Numbered from the stretch's first letter, positions 17,783-26,798 are shown. The stretch: DNA of 43,912 nt from Opitutia bacterium (GCA_050506795.1 JBJHCF010000044.1:1-43912); one strand, 5' to 3'. Numbers and translations are program-made. Notes: generated by a model from the sequence alone, not told the origin.

Positions 17783-19180
17783 TTAAGGTTTTTTTCCTTC
17801 CAGGCGATAACGTATGTAATCGCGTGATACTCCCAATAAACGGGCGGCGGCGGAGACGTTGCCGTCCGTTTGTTGCAGAGCTTTGCGGATGAACCGGTTG
17901 ATGGCATCTTCGAGGGAAAACCCGGATTCGGGAAAGACGAATCTGGGGTTCAACCACTCTTTCGGATCCGGCGCGGTGGATCCGGAGGCGGGGGGAGATC
18001 CCGGCAACATCTGATCGAGTTTTAACTGGTCTCCCCCTTCGAAGATGAATGCGCGCTCCAGGACATGCGCCAGTTCCCGGACGTTGCCGGGCCAGGCGTG
18101 GGTCCGCAAACGTTTGACGGCGTCGGCATGCAATCGTGGCGTGCGGGTGCCGTACCGTTGCGCCAGGCGTTCCAGAAGGCAGGAGGCCAGGTCCGGAAGG
18201 TCGTCCAGGCGCTCACGCAGCGGCGGCATGGTCAAACGACAGAGATCGAGGCGGTGATAGAGGTCTTCGCGAAACTCCCCGGCGGAGACCTTTTCCCGCA
18301 GGTCGCAGTTGGTCGCGGCGATCAGGCGCACGTCCACTTCGATGGTGCGGTTGCCGCCCAGGCGACGAATGGTCCGGTCCTCGATAGCGGTGAGGACTTT
18401 GGCCTGCAGGGCGGGGGAGAGACTGGGTATCTCATCGAGAAACAATGTGCCGTCGCGGGCGGCTTCAAAAAGACCGATCCGCTCCTGGCGGGCATCGGTA
18501 AATGCGCCGCGTTCATGACCGAAGAGTTCCGATTCCGCAAGCGTCTCCGACAAGGTGGAGCAGTTGATTTCCACCAACGGCCCTTCGGCACGGGGGCCAT
18601 GGTAGTGCAACCAGCGGGCCAGGGAGGTTTTGCCGGTACCGGTTTCGCCCTCGATCAACACCGGAGGAAGATTGCGGGCCAGCCGGCGATCGGCGGCCAC
18701 GATCTTTTCGAGCTGGTCCTTAATCTCTTGCAGCGACGGTCCAAAAAAGAAGGCGGCCCCCTCCCGGGCGACCCGTTCGCGATTAAAGGACTCGATGCGT
18801 TTGGTCCGCTTCGAACCGCGGGCTCGATGCAGGATGATCGGGAGTTCATCCAGATCAAACGGTTTGGCCAGGTAGTCGGCGGCTCCCAGCCGCATAGCCT
18901 CAATGGCCGAGGCGATTCCCTCTTCAGCGGTCATCACCACAACGGCGGTATTGGCGGAGAATAGGCCCTCGCGCAAAAGATCCATCCCGGACCCGTCCGG
19001 AAGATTGAGGTCCAGAAGAACGGCATCAAAAGGCATTTCCCGCAGGAGATTTCGGGCTTCGGACAGCGACTTCGCCTGCGCGACATCCGCGTTAGCCTTC
19101 TCCAGAAAACCTTTCAAGCGCCTTGAGAAAAGCGGATCGTCTTCGAGGACGAGAATCGCGATGTTTTCGAGTGAACCCAT
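17783..19180 (-). CDS. Sigma54-dependent response regulator (NtrC family: REC-AAA+-Fis HTH)
   Basis: LEDD/LLDLNLP receiver; GETGTGKT; ESELFGHERGAFTDA; LFLDEI; WPGNVREL; GNVSAAARLLGVSR. Confidence 0.95.
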   Translation of the reverse strand: MGSLENIAILVLEDDPLFSRRLKGFLEKANADVAQAKSLSEARNLLREMPFDAVLLDLNLPDGSGMDLLREGLFSANTAVVVMTAEEGIASAIEAMRLGAADYLAKPFDLDELPIILHRARGSKRTKRIESFNRERVAREGAAFFFGPSLQEIKDQLEKIVAADRRLARNLPPVLIEGETGTGKTSLARWLHYHGPRAEGPLVEINCSTLSETLAESELFGHERGAFTDARQERIGLFEAARDGTLFLDEIPSLSPALQAKVLTAIEDRTIRRLGGNRTIEVDVRLIAATNCDLREKVSAGEFREDLYHRLDLCRLTMPPLRERLDDLPDLASCLLERLAQRYGTRTPRLHADAVKRLRTHAWPGNVRELAHVLERAFIFEGGDQLKLDQMLPGSPPASGSTAPDPKEWLNPRFVFPESGFSLEDAINRFIRKALQQTDGNVSAAARLLGVSRDYIRYRLEGKKP

Positions 19181-19248
19181 GGAATCGGGTTTATTCCGTC
19201 AGCGGGTCGATGGGCCCGCAAGGTGAAAATGCCCCCGCGCTTCTCGGG

Positions 19249-19707
19249 TCACAGCGTCCCGAAAAGTTCGGTCAGTTTGCGTTGGCGGTAGGCGAAAATC
19301 TCCCGCAATTTGGGCAGGACGAGCCAGGGGGAAAGCAGGTCACCGAGGAAACCGCCCGGGACTTTGAAGTGCACCAGGTCCTCCATGGCGGTTCCTCCGT
19401 CGATCGGGCGCAACCGGTGCTGATGATGCCAGAACGCGTAGGGACCGAAACGTTGCTCATCGACGAAATAATCGGGTTCGCTCAGATGGGTGATTTCGGT
19501 GACCCAGGTGATCGGGACTCCGGCGATGGGCCGCACCTTGTAGGCAATGATCATGCCGGCATACATCTGGGGCGGGAGCGATTCGGTGATAATATCGAAT
19601 CCCATGTAGGGAGGGGTAATCGTTTTCAGATTGCGGGGGTCCGAAAGGAACGACCAGGCTTCGTCGATGCCGATGGGCAGATTCTGGATGGTTTCGAATT
19701 GGCGCAT
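19249..19707 (-). CDS. SRPBCC family protein
   Basis: AWSFLSDPRNLKTITPP, WVTEITH, FVDEQRFGPYAFWHHQH, IFAYR. Confidence 0.88.
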   Translation of the reverse strand: MRQFETIQNLPIGIDEAWSFLSDPRNLKTITPPYMGFDIITESLPPQMYAGMIIAYKVRPIAGVPITWVTEITHLSEPDYFVDEQRFGPYAFWHHQHRLRPIDGGTAMEDLVHFKVPGGFLGDLLSPWLVLPKLREIFAYRQRKLTELFGTL

Positions 19708-19796
19708 GTTTTGTTAAGGTGTTGCGGCTGGATGTCCCCCGGGTTATGGAAGGAGTACGCGGGTTGGTGGACCCTGCCGGCAGGTTGGAAAGGTTT

Positions 19797-20804
19797 TCAT
19801 TCCGCTGCCGGCGGCCGGGTGGATGAGCTCTCCAGCCCGAGCAGGCGATCCGCGGCAGCCAATCCGGAAAGCGCGGCGCCTTCAATCCGCCCCCCGCCAA
19901 AGGCATCGCCGGCCATGATCAGGTTCTTTTCCTTCAGGCAATAGTGGTTCTCCGGAAACGTCGCGCGAGGCCTGGCGTAGCCCCACCGGTGAGCCTGGAC
20001 GGTCGTTGGAGCCGCTTCCAGGTACGGCTTGGCCGCGGCCAGCAGGGCTTCAATTTTTTCCTCGTCGGGGGAGCCGAAGTAATCTTCGGCGAAGCCAGGA
20101 CCGCTGTGGAGGGTAACGGCGGGCGAGGTGGAGATTCCTTTTTGCTGATTGTCAACCAGCAACGCCAGCGGCTCCGGATTCTCCGGGCGGTGGATGCCCG
20201 GTGACGGCAGACCGCTTGGGCCGGAGAGCGTGGCCATCACGGCGATGCATTTGTCGTAGGTAATGGCTCGCAGCGCTTCGAGGTGCGCCGGTGGAATCAG
20301 GTTGTCGCCGGCGAGGAGGAGAAGGGATTGCGGAAGAGGCGGGGTAAGCAGCAGCCAGGCGGCGGAAAAGGAGTCTCCACCCTCGCCGGTCGCCGTCCAT
20401 TGTTCCCCGGCGAAGGAAATGCGCTCGATCTTTTGCCCGCGAACGACGTCGAGTTCCCGGGCCAGGAGCTTCGGGACGGCCGTCATGGCGGGGTCTCCGA
20501 CGTACCTTGGGCTGGCTTCCCCGTGGTTGGATTTTTCTTCCGGCACGTACCACAGGCGGGCGTGACCGCTTTGCAGCCAGCTCTGCAGTTCGTTCCGCAG
20601 GCGGGGATCGCGGATGGTGAAAAACTGAGCGCCGTGGTCAATGCGGACGTCGTCGATGCGCCGGTTGGCCATGCGACCGCCCAAACCGCGCCCTTTATCC
20701 ACCAGGGTGACCTTCCATCCCTCTTGCTGGAGACGCCGGCCGGCCATGAGCCCGGTTATGCCGGCGCCCACTATCAGAACACTATTCGGATTCGCTGCGG
20801 TCAT
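19797..20804 (-). CDS. Renalase-like NAD(P)/FAD-dependent oxidoreductase
   Basis: IVGAGITG, DKGRGLGGRMA, DHGAQFFT, HRWGYARP, GDAFGGGRIEGAALSG. Confidence 0.88.
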   Translation of the reverse strand: MTAANPNSVLIVGAGITGLMAGRRLQQEGWKVTLVDKGRGLGGRMANRRIDDVRIDHGAQFFTIRDPRLRNELQSWLQSGHARLWYVPEEKSNHGEASPRYVGDPAMTAVPKLLARELDVVRGQKIERISFAGEQWTATGEGGDSFSAAWLLLTPPLPQSLLLLAGDNLIPPAHLEALRAITYDKCIAVMATLSGPSGLPSPGIHRPENPEPLALLVDNQQKGISTSPAVTLHSGPGFAEDYFGSPDEEKIEALLAAAKPYLEAAPTTVQAHRWGYARPRATFPENHYCLKEKNLIMAGDAFGGGRIEGAALSGLAAADRLLGLESSSTRPPAAE

Positions 20805-20860
20805 TGGGAATTGAAGCTAACCGCTTAACGGGCGAAGGCAACAGGTTGGGCATAATCGCT

Positions 20861-22723
20861 TCAAGCCTCCGCCATACGGCGGAATGACGGATTGCCTGCC
20901 AGCAGTTCGTCAAAGGACCCGGTGTCGATGATTCGTCCGTTGTCCATAAAAACGATGATATCGGCGCGGCGAATGGTCGTGAGACGGTGGGCGATCATCA
21001 GGATGGTCTTGCGGCCCGACAGCGATTCCACCGCTTCCACAATGGCGCGTTCGGTTTCCGAGTCCAATGCGCTGGTGGCCTCGTCAAGCACGATCACCTC
21101 AGGGTCGTGATACAGGGCGCGGGCGATTCCCATACGCTGACGTTGACCCCCGCTCAGCCGAATGCCTCGTTGGCCGACCTCGGTTTCGTAACCCGAAGGC
21201 AATTCCTTCTCGATGAAGTCGTGCAGGTTTGCCAGACGCGCGGCCATTTGTACGCGTTCGTCCGAGATCTGTTTGACCGGTATCCCGAAGGCGATGTTGC
21301 GCCGCACGCTGTCGTCGGTCAGGTAAATCTGCTGCGGGACGTACCCGCAGTTGCGCTGCCAATCGGCCTGGTTCTCCTCGGTGATCAGGACTCCGTCGAC
21401 CAGCATGCGGCCGGTTTTTGGGTAAAGCAGGCCCAAAAGAATATCGGCCAGGGTGGTTTTTCCCGCGCCGGAGCGTCCGCAGAGCCCGATTCGGGTCAGG
21501 GCGGGAATCCGCAGGGAGATTCCGTGCAAGGCGGATTTTTCGCTGTTGGGGTAGGCGTAGGAGAGGTCCTGGATTTCGATAGCGTTTCGCAGGGAGAGGC
21601 GAGGATAATCTTTCTCGCGCGGGTCGCCGCTGGGTATTCCCGGGAGTGCTTTCCGGGGGTTTTGCAACAGGCGCGCGCATTCGTCGTGAACGGTATCGAC
21701 GCTCTTGGTCAGGTACCGCAGCCGGCTGAAACTGCCGTATAAGCCCTGGATTGCCGGAATCAAGCGGTAACCGGCCACGGCGAACAGGCCGAGCACGGGC
21801 AGGGCGCCGGCCACGCCATCGTGTTGCCGGATCAGCAACAAGGCGACGCCCACCATGCCGGCGAAAGCGAACGTCTCGACCAGGTATTTGGGCAGTGCCG
21901 AGTAAAGCGCCGCCCGCTCCTGAAATCGAAAGAATCGGTGGGAGGGTTTCTCGAAGGCGGAAATGAAATTTTCCTCACGGCGCAGGACTTTGAGCTCCTT
22001 GATGGTATCGAAGGCCTCGCTTACCGTTTTGAAGCGAAGGCGGTCCGATTCCGAGCGTTTTTCGGCCGCCCGCATCAGACGAGGCCGCAAGTAAACGTAG
22101 ATTGCGGTGTAGGTCGCACCAAAGAAAACGCCGGCTCCGAGCGCCACCCAGGGATTTACCACAATCAGGAGAACACTGAGGCCGGTAATGACCAGAACCT
22201 GAGTGATCAGCCCCACCGAGGTGCCCAGGAAGCCGTGACTCACCCTTCCCACTTCGGAAAATATATTGCGCAGAAATTCCGAGGTATTTCGGTTCAGATA
22301 GAAAGTGTAGGGGCGGCGAAGGTAACTTTTCATTAGTAGGGTGGAGAGGTAGGTGTCCAGTTTGGCGCTAAAACGAGCGCCCAGGATACTGTGAATAACC
22401 CCCAGAAGATTCGCCAGCACCACCGCCGCGATAACGACGCCTCCCAGGATCACCAACAGCATGGCGTCATCAATCGGACCGGTGATGGAGGTCAGAATAG
22501 CGAAGATTCGGCTTTCCTGCATACCCGCAGGGTCGGAGATGGCCTGCAGAAAAGGCAGGATCGAACCGACCATGGCGAGTTGGGCCAGGGCGTTGATGTT
22601 CATCAACACAAAAAGGCCCCCGACACCCCATCGATAGGGCCGGGGGAGCAGTGACCAACATTTTTTGACGGCTTCCAGCATGGCGCTCGGACCAGCATTG
22701 GCGGGTAAATCAGGCAGCGTCAA
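20861..22723 (-). CDS. ABC exporter, fused permease/ATPase (PglK/HepA-like, no C39 peptidase domain)
   Basis: Six TM segments; GRSGAGKTT; VPQ Q-loop; LSGGQRQR; DEATSALD; IAHRL; start TTG 22723 or ATG 22681. Confidence 0.93.
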   Translation of the reverse strand: MTLPDLPANAGPSAMLEAVKKCWSLLPRPYRWGVGGLFVLMNINALAQLAMVGSILPFLQAISDPAGMQESRIFAILTSITGPIDDAMLLVILGGVVIAAVVLANLLGVIHSILGARFSAKLDTYLSTLLMKSYLRRPYTFYLNRNTSEFLRNIFSEVGRVSHGFLGTSVGLITQVLVITGLSVLLIVVNPWVALGAGVFFGATYTAIYVYLRPRLMRAAEKRSESDRLRFKTVSEAFDTIKELKVLRREENFISAFEKPSHRFFRFQERAALYSALPKYLVETFAFAGMVGVALLLIRQHDGVAGALPVLGLFAVAGYRLIPAIQGLYGSFSRLRYLTKSVDTVHDECARLLQNPRKALPGIPSGDPREKDYPRLSLRNAIEIQDLSYAYPNSEKSALHGISLRIPALTRIGLCGRSGAGKTTLADILLGLLYPKTGRMLVDGVLITEENQADWQRNCGYVPQQIYLTDDSVRRNIAFGIPVKQISDERVQMAARLANLHDFIEKELPSGYETEVGQRGIRLSGGQRQRMGIARALYHDPEVIVLDEATSALDSETERAIVEAVESLSGRKTILMIAHRLTTIRRADIIVFMDNGRIIDTGSFDELLAGNPSFRRMAEA

Positions 22724-22975
22724 GCAGGCCGCATGGTGAGCCGGTCAAAACGAACCTCCCCAAAAATATTCCCGGATCAGGGTCTTTTTGTTTGCGAGCT
22801 TTGACCCGCATTTCTTAGCGCGGAATCTCAAATTCGGAATTTTCGATCTGAAATGTTTTTTTGATGCGGTCTTCAGAGGCCAAATGGAAAAGCTGTGCTG
22901 CCCGGAATGGCTTGGGGCAGCAATCCTTGACAGAAATGTCGCAACCGGAGTAGGAAGTTGGCTCTCGAATTCTCG

Positions 22976-23287
22976 ATGAAATCCACCGAAACATTTTCCG
23001 ACGACTGCGTCGTTGTGGCCGTAAACGATCAACTGACTTGTGACCTGGCCGGGGAGGCGGCGGTATTACACCTGCCTGACGGGGTGTATTATGGTCTGAA
23101 CGAAACCGGGGCGTTTCTGTGGGAACGCTTGCGCAGTCCGGTGCGGGTGGCCGACCTGCGCGCCGCTTTACTGGCGGAGTTCGAGGTGACGGAGACGGTG
23201 GCCGATCGCGACCTGAACGCGCTCTTGAACGAGCTTACGAAGGCCGGATTGATTGAGGTGCGCCGGGCAAACTCGGCTGAATCATAG
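22976..23287 (+). CDS. PqqD-family RiPP recognition element (lasso B1-like RRE)
   Basis: GEAAVLHLPDGVYYGLNETGAFLWERL...LLAEFEV...DLNALLNELTKAGLI; about 103 aa. Confidence 0.92.
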   Translation: MKSTETFSDDCVVVAVNDQLTCDLAGEAAVLHLPDGVYYGLNETGAFLWERLRSPVRVADLRAALLAEFEVTETVADRDLNALLNELTKAGLIEVRRANSAES

Positions 23288-23439
23288 GGGTTTCCCTTAT
23301 GTTCGGTGTGGGTTTTTTCGGTGTTCTTACGAGGGAAGCCCTGATTGTTATGTTGGCTTAGGCATGCTAAGCTGTGGTCATAGTTTTAATCAACGAGTCT
23401 CTGTTTGAATACAGTTTTCGTTACGGAGGAAAAAAACCA

Positions 23440-23613
23440 ATGAAAGAAGGAACCATGGAAAAAGTAACCACACCTCGGCCTTATGTCGCTCCGAAGCTTT
23501 CAAGCTACGGAAGTGTTTCGGACCTGACAATGGGTCGCAGCGAGGCATACAACCTGCCTCAATACACGGGCCGGAATGGCGCCTACGACGATCCGAGATA
23601 CAACGTTTCCTAA
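23440..23613 (+). CDS. Lasso-type RiPP precursor peptide (57 aa)
   Basis: GGAGGA RBS at 23425-30; leader YVAPKL (YxxPxL) and G-x5-T with Thr at -2 before Gly; core GRSEAYNLPQYTGRNGAYDDPRYNVS; lies between RRE and kinase. Confidence 0.88.
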   Translation: MKEGTMEKVTTPRPYVAPKLSSYGSVSDLTMGRSEAYNLPQYTGRNGAYDDPRYNVS

Positions 23614-23702
23614 ATCGGACCGTTGAGGACCGTTGATTCAAGGCTCCAGCGTTCAATATAGGAACAGAGCCACTCATCGGAAACCCATTCTACCTAGTCT
23701 AC

Positions 23703-23743
23703 AAAGCAACCCGGCGTCCATTGGATGCCGGGTTGCTTTTTTT
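23703..23743 (+). terminator. Rho-independent terminator after the precursor gene
   Basis: AAAGCAACCCGGCGTCC-ATT-GGATGCCGGGTTGCTTT followed by a T tract. Confidence 0.88.
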
Positions 23744-23882
23744 GTATCCACGGCGCTTGGGGGCCGGGGTTAAGTGGGTTCCCATCGTCTTGACAGTTTC
23801 AAAGAGGCTGGCATAACACGATTTGTCGCGGCACGTGGGTGGACAGCGACGAACTCAACGTGTGTGTAATCATAGGATCGAG

Positions 23883-24794
23883 ATGCCCAGGTACAGATTT
23901 GCCGGAATTCCGGTTAACTCCGAACTCGAACTTCCCTTGCCGGTCGATCGGGCTTCCGATGCCGATGACGGAATTTCCATTGAATTGGGACCGCCGATCA
24001 GCGAACGGGAACTTCAGGAGAGGAGGGGGTGGAATTGGGAGTCTGCCGATTCCGCCCACTTTGGTTATTCCGGGCTCGGGCAGGCCTGGGTACGTGATGG
24101 GCGCCAGGTTCTCCTCCGACCGATGAGCGGTTTGCAGGCGGAAGCCGAATGGCGCGGTCTGTTGATTCCCTGTTTTGCGGCTCTGTTTCATCAGAGGGGA
24201 GTCCTTTCGCTCCATGCAAGCGCGGTTTGCGGTCAGCGCGGGGCCGTGGGGGTGGTGGGCCATCGGGGCGCCGGGAAATCGACTCTGACGGCACAATTGG
24301 TTAGCGGCGGCATGCAATTTCTTTCCGACGACCTCCTGATTACCAGTTGGGTGGCCGAACCGGGGTACGTCGTCGCCCATCCCGGATTTTCGATCATCAA
24401 GCTTTGGGAGGACGCCCTCGAAGCTGCCGGAAAGGGATTTTCCCGAATCGGCCGCTTATACCCCGACGCCTCCAAGGACGGGTTTTCTCCCGATGAGGCG
24501 AAATTCGCGCGCGAGCCGGTTCCGCTCCGTTTTCTGGTGGTCCTGACGGAAGGGGACGAGGTAAAAATAGAGACCCTTTCCAGGGCGGACGCCGTGGCTG
24601 AGCTCCTGATCCACACCTACGGCGTGGCCGTTTTCGAACACCGGCCGCTGCCGATCCACTTCCGGCAATGCGGGGAACTGGCTGCGCGTGTTCCGGTGAT
24701 GCGCCTGGTCCGGCCGAAGAACTTCGACTGCGTGGAAGAGGTTCGCGCCACAATCGAGAAGGCGTTCGCCGATACCGTAGCCGGCGACCAATAG
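23883..24794 (+). CDS. HPr kinase-like kinase (lasso peptide kinase PadeK/ThcoK-like)
   Basis: LSLHASAV, Walker A GHRGAGKST, LSDD (His-Lys-Asp-Asp set), IKLWED; ATG 23883 preferred. Confidence 0.85.
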   Translation: MPRYRFAGIPVNSELELPLPVDRASDADDGISIELGPPISERELQERRGWNWESADSAHFGYSGLGQAWVRDGRQVLLRPMSGLQAEAEWRGLLIPCFAALFHQRGVLSLHASAVCGQRGAVGVVGHRGAGKSTLTAQLVSGGMQFLSDDLLITSWVAEPGYVVAHPGFSIIKLWEDALEAAGKGFSRIGRLYPDASKDGFSPDEAKFAREPVPLRFLVVLTEGDEVKIETLSRADAVAELLIHTYGVAVFEHRPLPIHFRQCGELAARVPVMRLVRPKNFDCVEEVRATIEKAFADTVAGDQ

Positions 24795-24950
24795 AAGCAC
24801 GCGGATTAAGTTTTCCGGGGCTTATGTGGTGGATTCCCTTAGCGTAAGTCCAGGGTGAAACCCTCATTTCTATAGTGAAACCCTTATTCTCAATGAGGTT
24901 AAGGGAGGGTATTCTGATGTCTCGTTCAATTTTAAAAGGGAGAGTTTAAT

Positions 24951-26798
24951 ATGTGTGGAATTGTAGGATATGTGGGCAGGGCGCAAGCGGGTCCGATTCT
25001 TCTCGACGGATTAAAACGTCTGGAATACCGGGGCTATGATTCGGCCGGATTGACGGTGCATCAGAAGAATCGTTTGGCGTGTGTCAAAGCGACCGGTCCG
25101 GTGACCAACCTGGTCAAGGAAACGGGTCGGCGGGATGTTGGCGGCTCGGTTGGCATCAGCCACACCCGCTGGGCGACCCATGGAGGGGTGACCACCGCGA
25201 ATACCCACCCGCACCTGAGCAGAGACGGCACACTGGCTTTGGTGCATAACGGCGTCATCGAGAATTTCGAGAGCATCAAGAGGTTTTTGCTTGGCAAAGA
25301 CTTCACCTTTTCCTCGGAGACCGATTCCGAGGTCCTGGTGAATCTCATCAGTTATCACTACGAAAAGGAAAGGTGCGAGCCGGAGAAGCGTTTCTTCGAG
25401 AGCGTCCGGAAGGCCCTTCTGCACGTGGAAGGAACGTATGGAATCGCGGTCATGTGTGTCCATAATCCGAAAGAGATCATCGGAGCCCGCTTGGGATCCC
25501 CGCTAATTTTGGGGGTTGGCGACGGGGAGTTTCTGCTGGCCAGCGACGTTTCCGCAGTGGTTTCCCGGACCCATAAGGTGGTGTATCTCAAGGATAACGA
25601 GGTGGTGTCTCTCTCCTCCGAAGGGTTTTCGATTTCCACGATCAACCGGGAGGAAGTGGATCCCATCGTCAACGAGGTCGACTGGGCGATCGAGGATTCC
25701 GAACTCGGTATTCACCAGCACTACATGGAAAAGGAGATTTTCGAACAGCCGCGTTCCTTGGAGAACTCGATGCGCGGCCGTTTCACCGACGACGACAGTT
25801 CGGCGAATTTCGGCGGTTTGAATCTTTCGCCCCAGGAATGGCGCGGAGTGGACCGCATTCTCTTCTGCGGCTGCGGAACCGCCTGGCACGCCTGCCTGGT
25901 GGCGGAGTATCTGATTGAAAGGTTTGCCCGTGTTCCGGTGGAGGTGGAGTACGCTTCAGAGTTTCGCTACCGGAACGCGCCGTTGGACAAGAACACCCTG
26001 TTTTTCGCCATCAGTCAGTCCGGAGAAACCATCGATACGCTGGCGGCCATGCGGGAGGCCAAACGCAAAGGTTACCGAACCCTGGCGATCACCAACGTCG
26101 TGGGTTCCACCATCGCGCGTGAAGCGGATGGCGGGATCTACCAGCACGTCGGCCCCGAGATCGGGGTGGCATCCACCAAGGCGTTCACTTCCCAAATCCT
26201 TTTGGCCGCCATGGTGGCGCTTTACCTGGGCCGTCTGAGAGACGTCAGCTACACGGACGGTCGCACGATCGCCAGGGCCCTCCGGCAACTCCCCGAACTG
26301 GCCGAGCGGGTCCTGGAACAGAGCGATGCGATCCGTGAGATCGCGCGTCGTTACGTCGATTACGAGGATATGCTTTTCCTGGGGCGTCAGGCCATGTTCC
26401 CGATTGCCCTGGAGGGAGCGCTGAAGCTAAAGGAGATTTCCTACATCCACGCCGAGGGGTATCCGGCGGCGGAAATGAAACATGGTCCGATCGCCCTGAT
26501 CAGCGAAAAATGTCCCAGTGTGTTTCTTTCGCCGCAATGCGAGACCTTTCACAAGGTCGTTTCCAACATGCAGGAAATCAAGGCGCGCAAAGGCAAGGTG
26601 ATCGCTGTGGCTTCCGACAGTTGCGAGTTTCCGGACGGCCTGGTGGACGACCTGATTCGAGTGCCCGATGCGCATGAAGCCCTTCAGCCGATTCTCTTCA
26701 CTTTGCCGGTTCAGTTGCTCAGCTACTACATTGCCGTCGAGCGCGGCTGCAATGTCGACAAACCGCGAAACCTGGCCAAGTCGGTGACAGTGGAATAA
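24951..26798 (+). CDS. glmS: Glutamine--fructose-6-phosphate transaminase
   Basis: MCGIVG, RLEYRGYDSAG, HTRWATHG, SQSGET, VASTKAFTSQ, EGALKLKEISY, DKPRNLAKSVTVE. Confidence 0.98.
   Translation: MCGIVGYVGRAQAGPILLDGLKRLEYRGYDSAGLTVHQKNRLACVKATGPVTNLVKETGRRDVGGSVGISHTRWATHGGVTTANTHPHLSRDGTLALVHNGVIENFESIKRFLLGKDFTFSSETDSEVLVNLISYHYEKERCEPEKRFFESVRKALLHVEGTYGIAVMCVHNPKEIIGARLGSPLILGVGDGEFLLASDVSAVVSRTHKVVYLKDNEVVSLSSEGFSISTINREEVDPIVNEVDWAIEDSELGIHQHYMEKEIFEQPRSLENSMRGRFTDDDSSANFGGLNLSPQEWRGVDRILFCGCGTAWHACLVAEYLIERFARVPVEVEYASEFRYRNAPLDKNTLFFAISQSGETIDTLAAMREAKRKGYRTLAITNVVGSTIAREADGGIYQHVGPEIGVASTKAFTSQILLAAMVALYLGRLRDVSYTDGRTIARALRQLPELAERVLEQSDAIREIARRYVDYEDMLFLGRQAMFPIALEGALKLKEISYIHAEGYPAAEMKHGPIALISEKCPSVFLSPQCETFHKVVSNMQEIKARKGKVIAVASDSCEFPDGLVDDLIRVPDAHEALQPILFTLPVQLLSYYIAVERGCNVDKPRNLAKSVTVE

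Noticed and set aside
18505..18525. GAFTDA instead of GAFTGA as a sign of a sigma54-independent activator
   Set aside because: GAFTDA is a common natural variant, and a good sigma54 promoter is present nearby
22976..23287. PQQ cofactor biosynthesis (pqqD plus the PQQ-repeat protein at 14022-15530)
   Set aside because: No pqqA/B/C/E; the neighbouring peptide has a lasso leader, not ExxxY; PQQ-like repeats are a generic propeller fold
23353..23368. Sigma54 promoter for the precursor (TTGGCTTAGGCATGCT)
   Set aside because: GG to GC spacing is 9 nt, not the required 10
24795..24950. glmS ribozyme upstream of glmS
   Set aside because: The 156-bp gap is AT-rich with short direct repeats; I could not see the ribozyme core or its paired stems (an Rfam scan would settle it)
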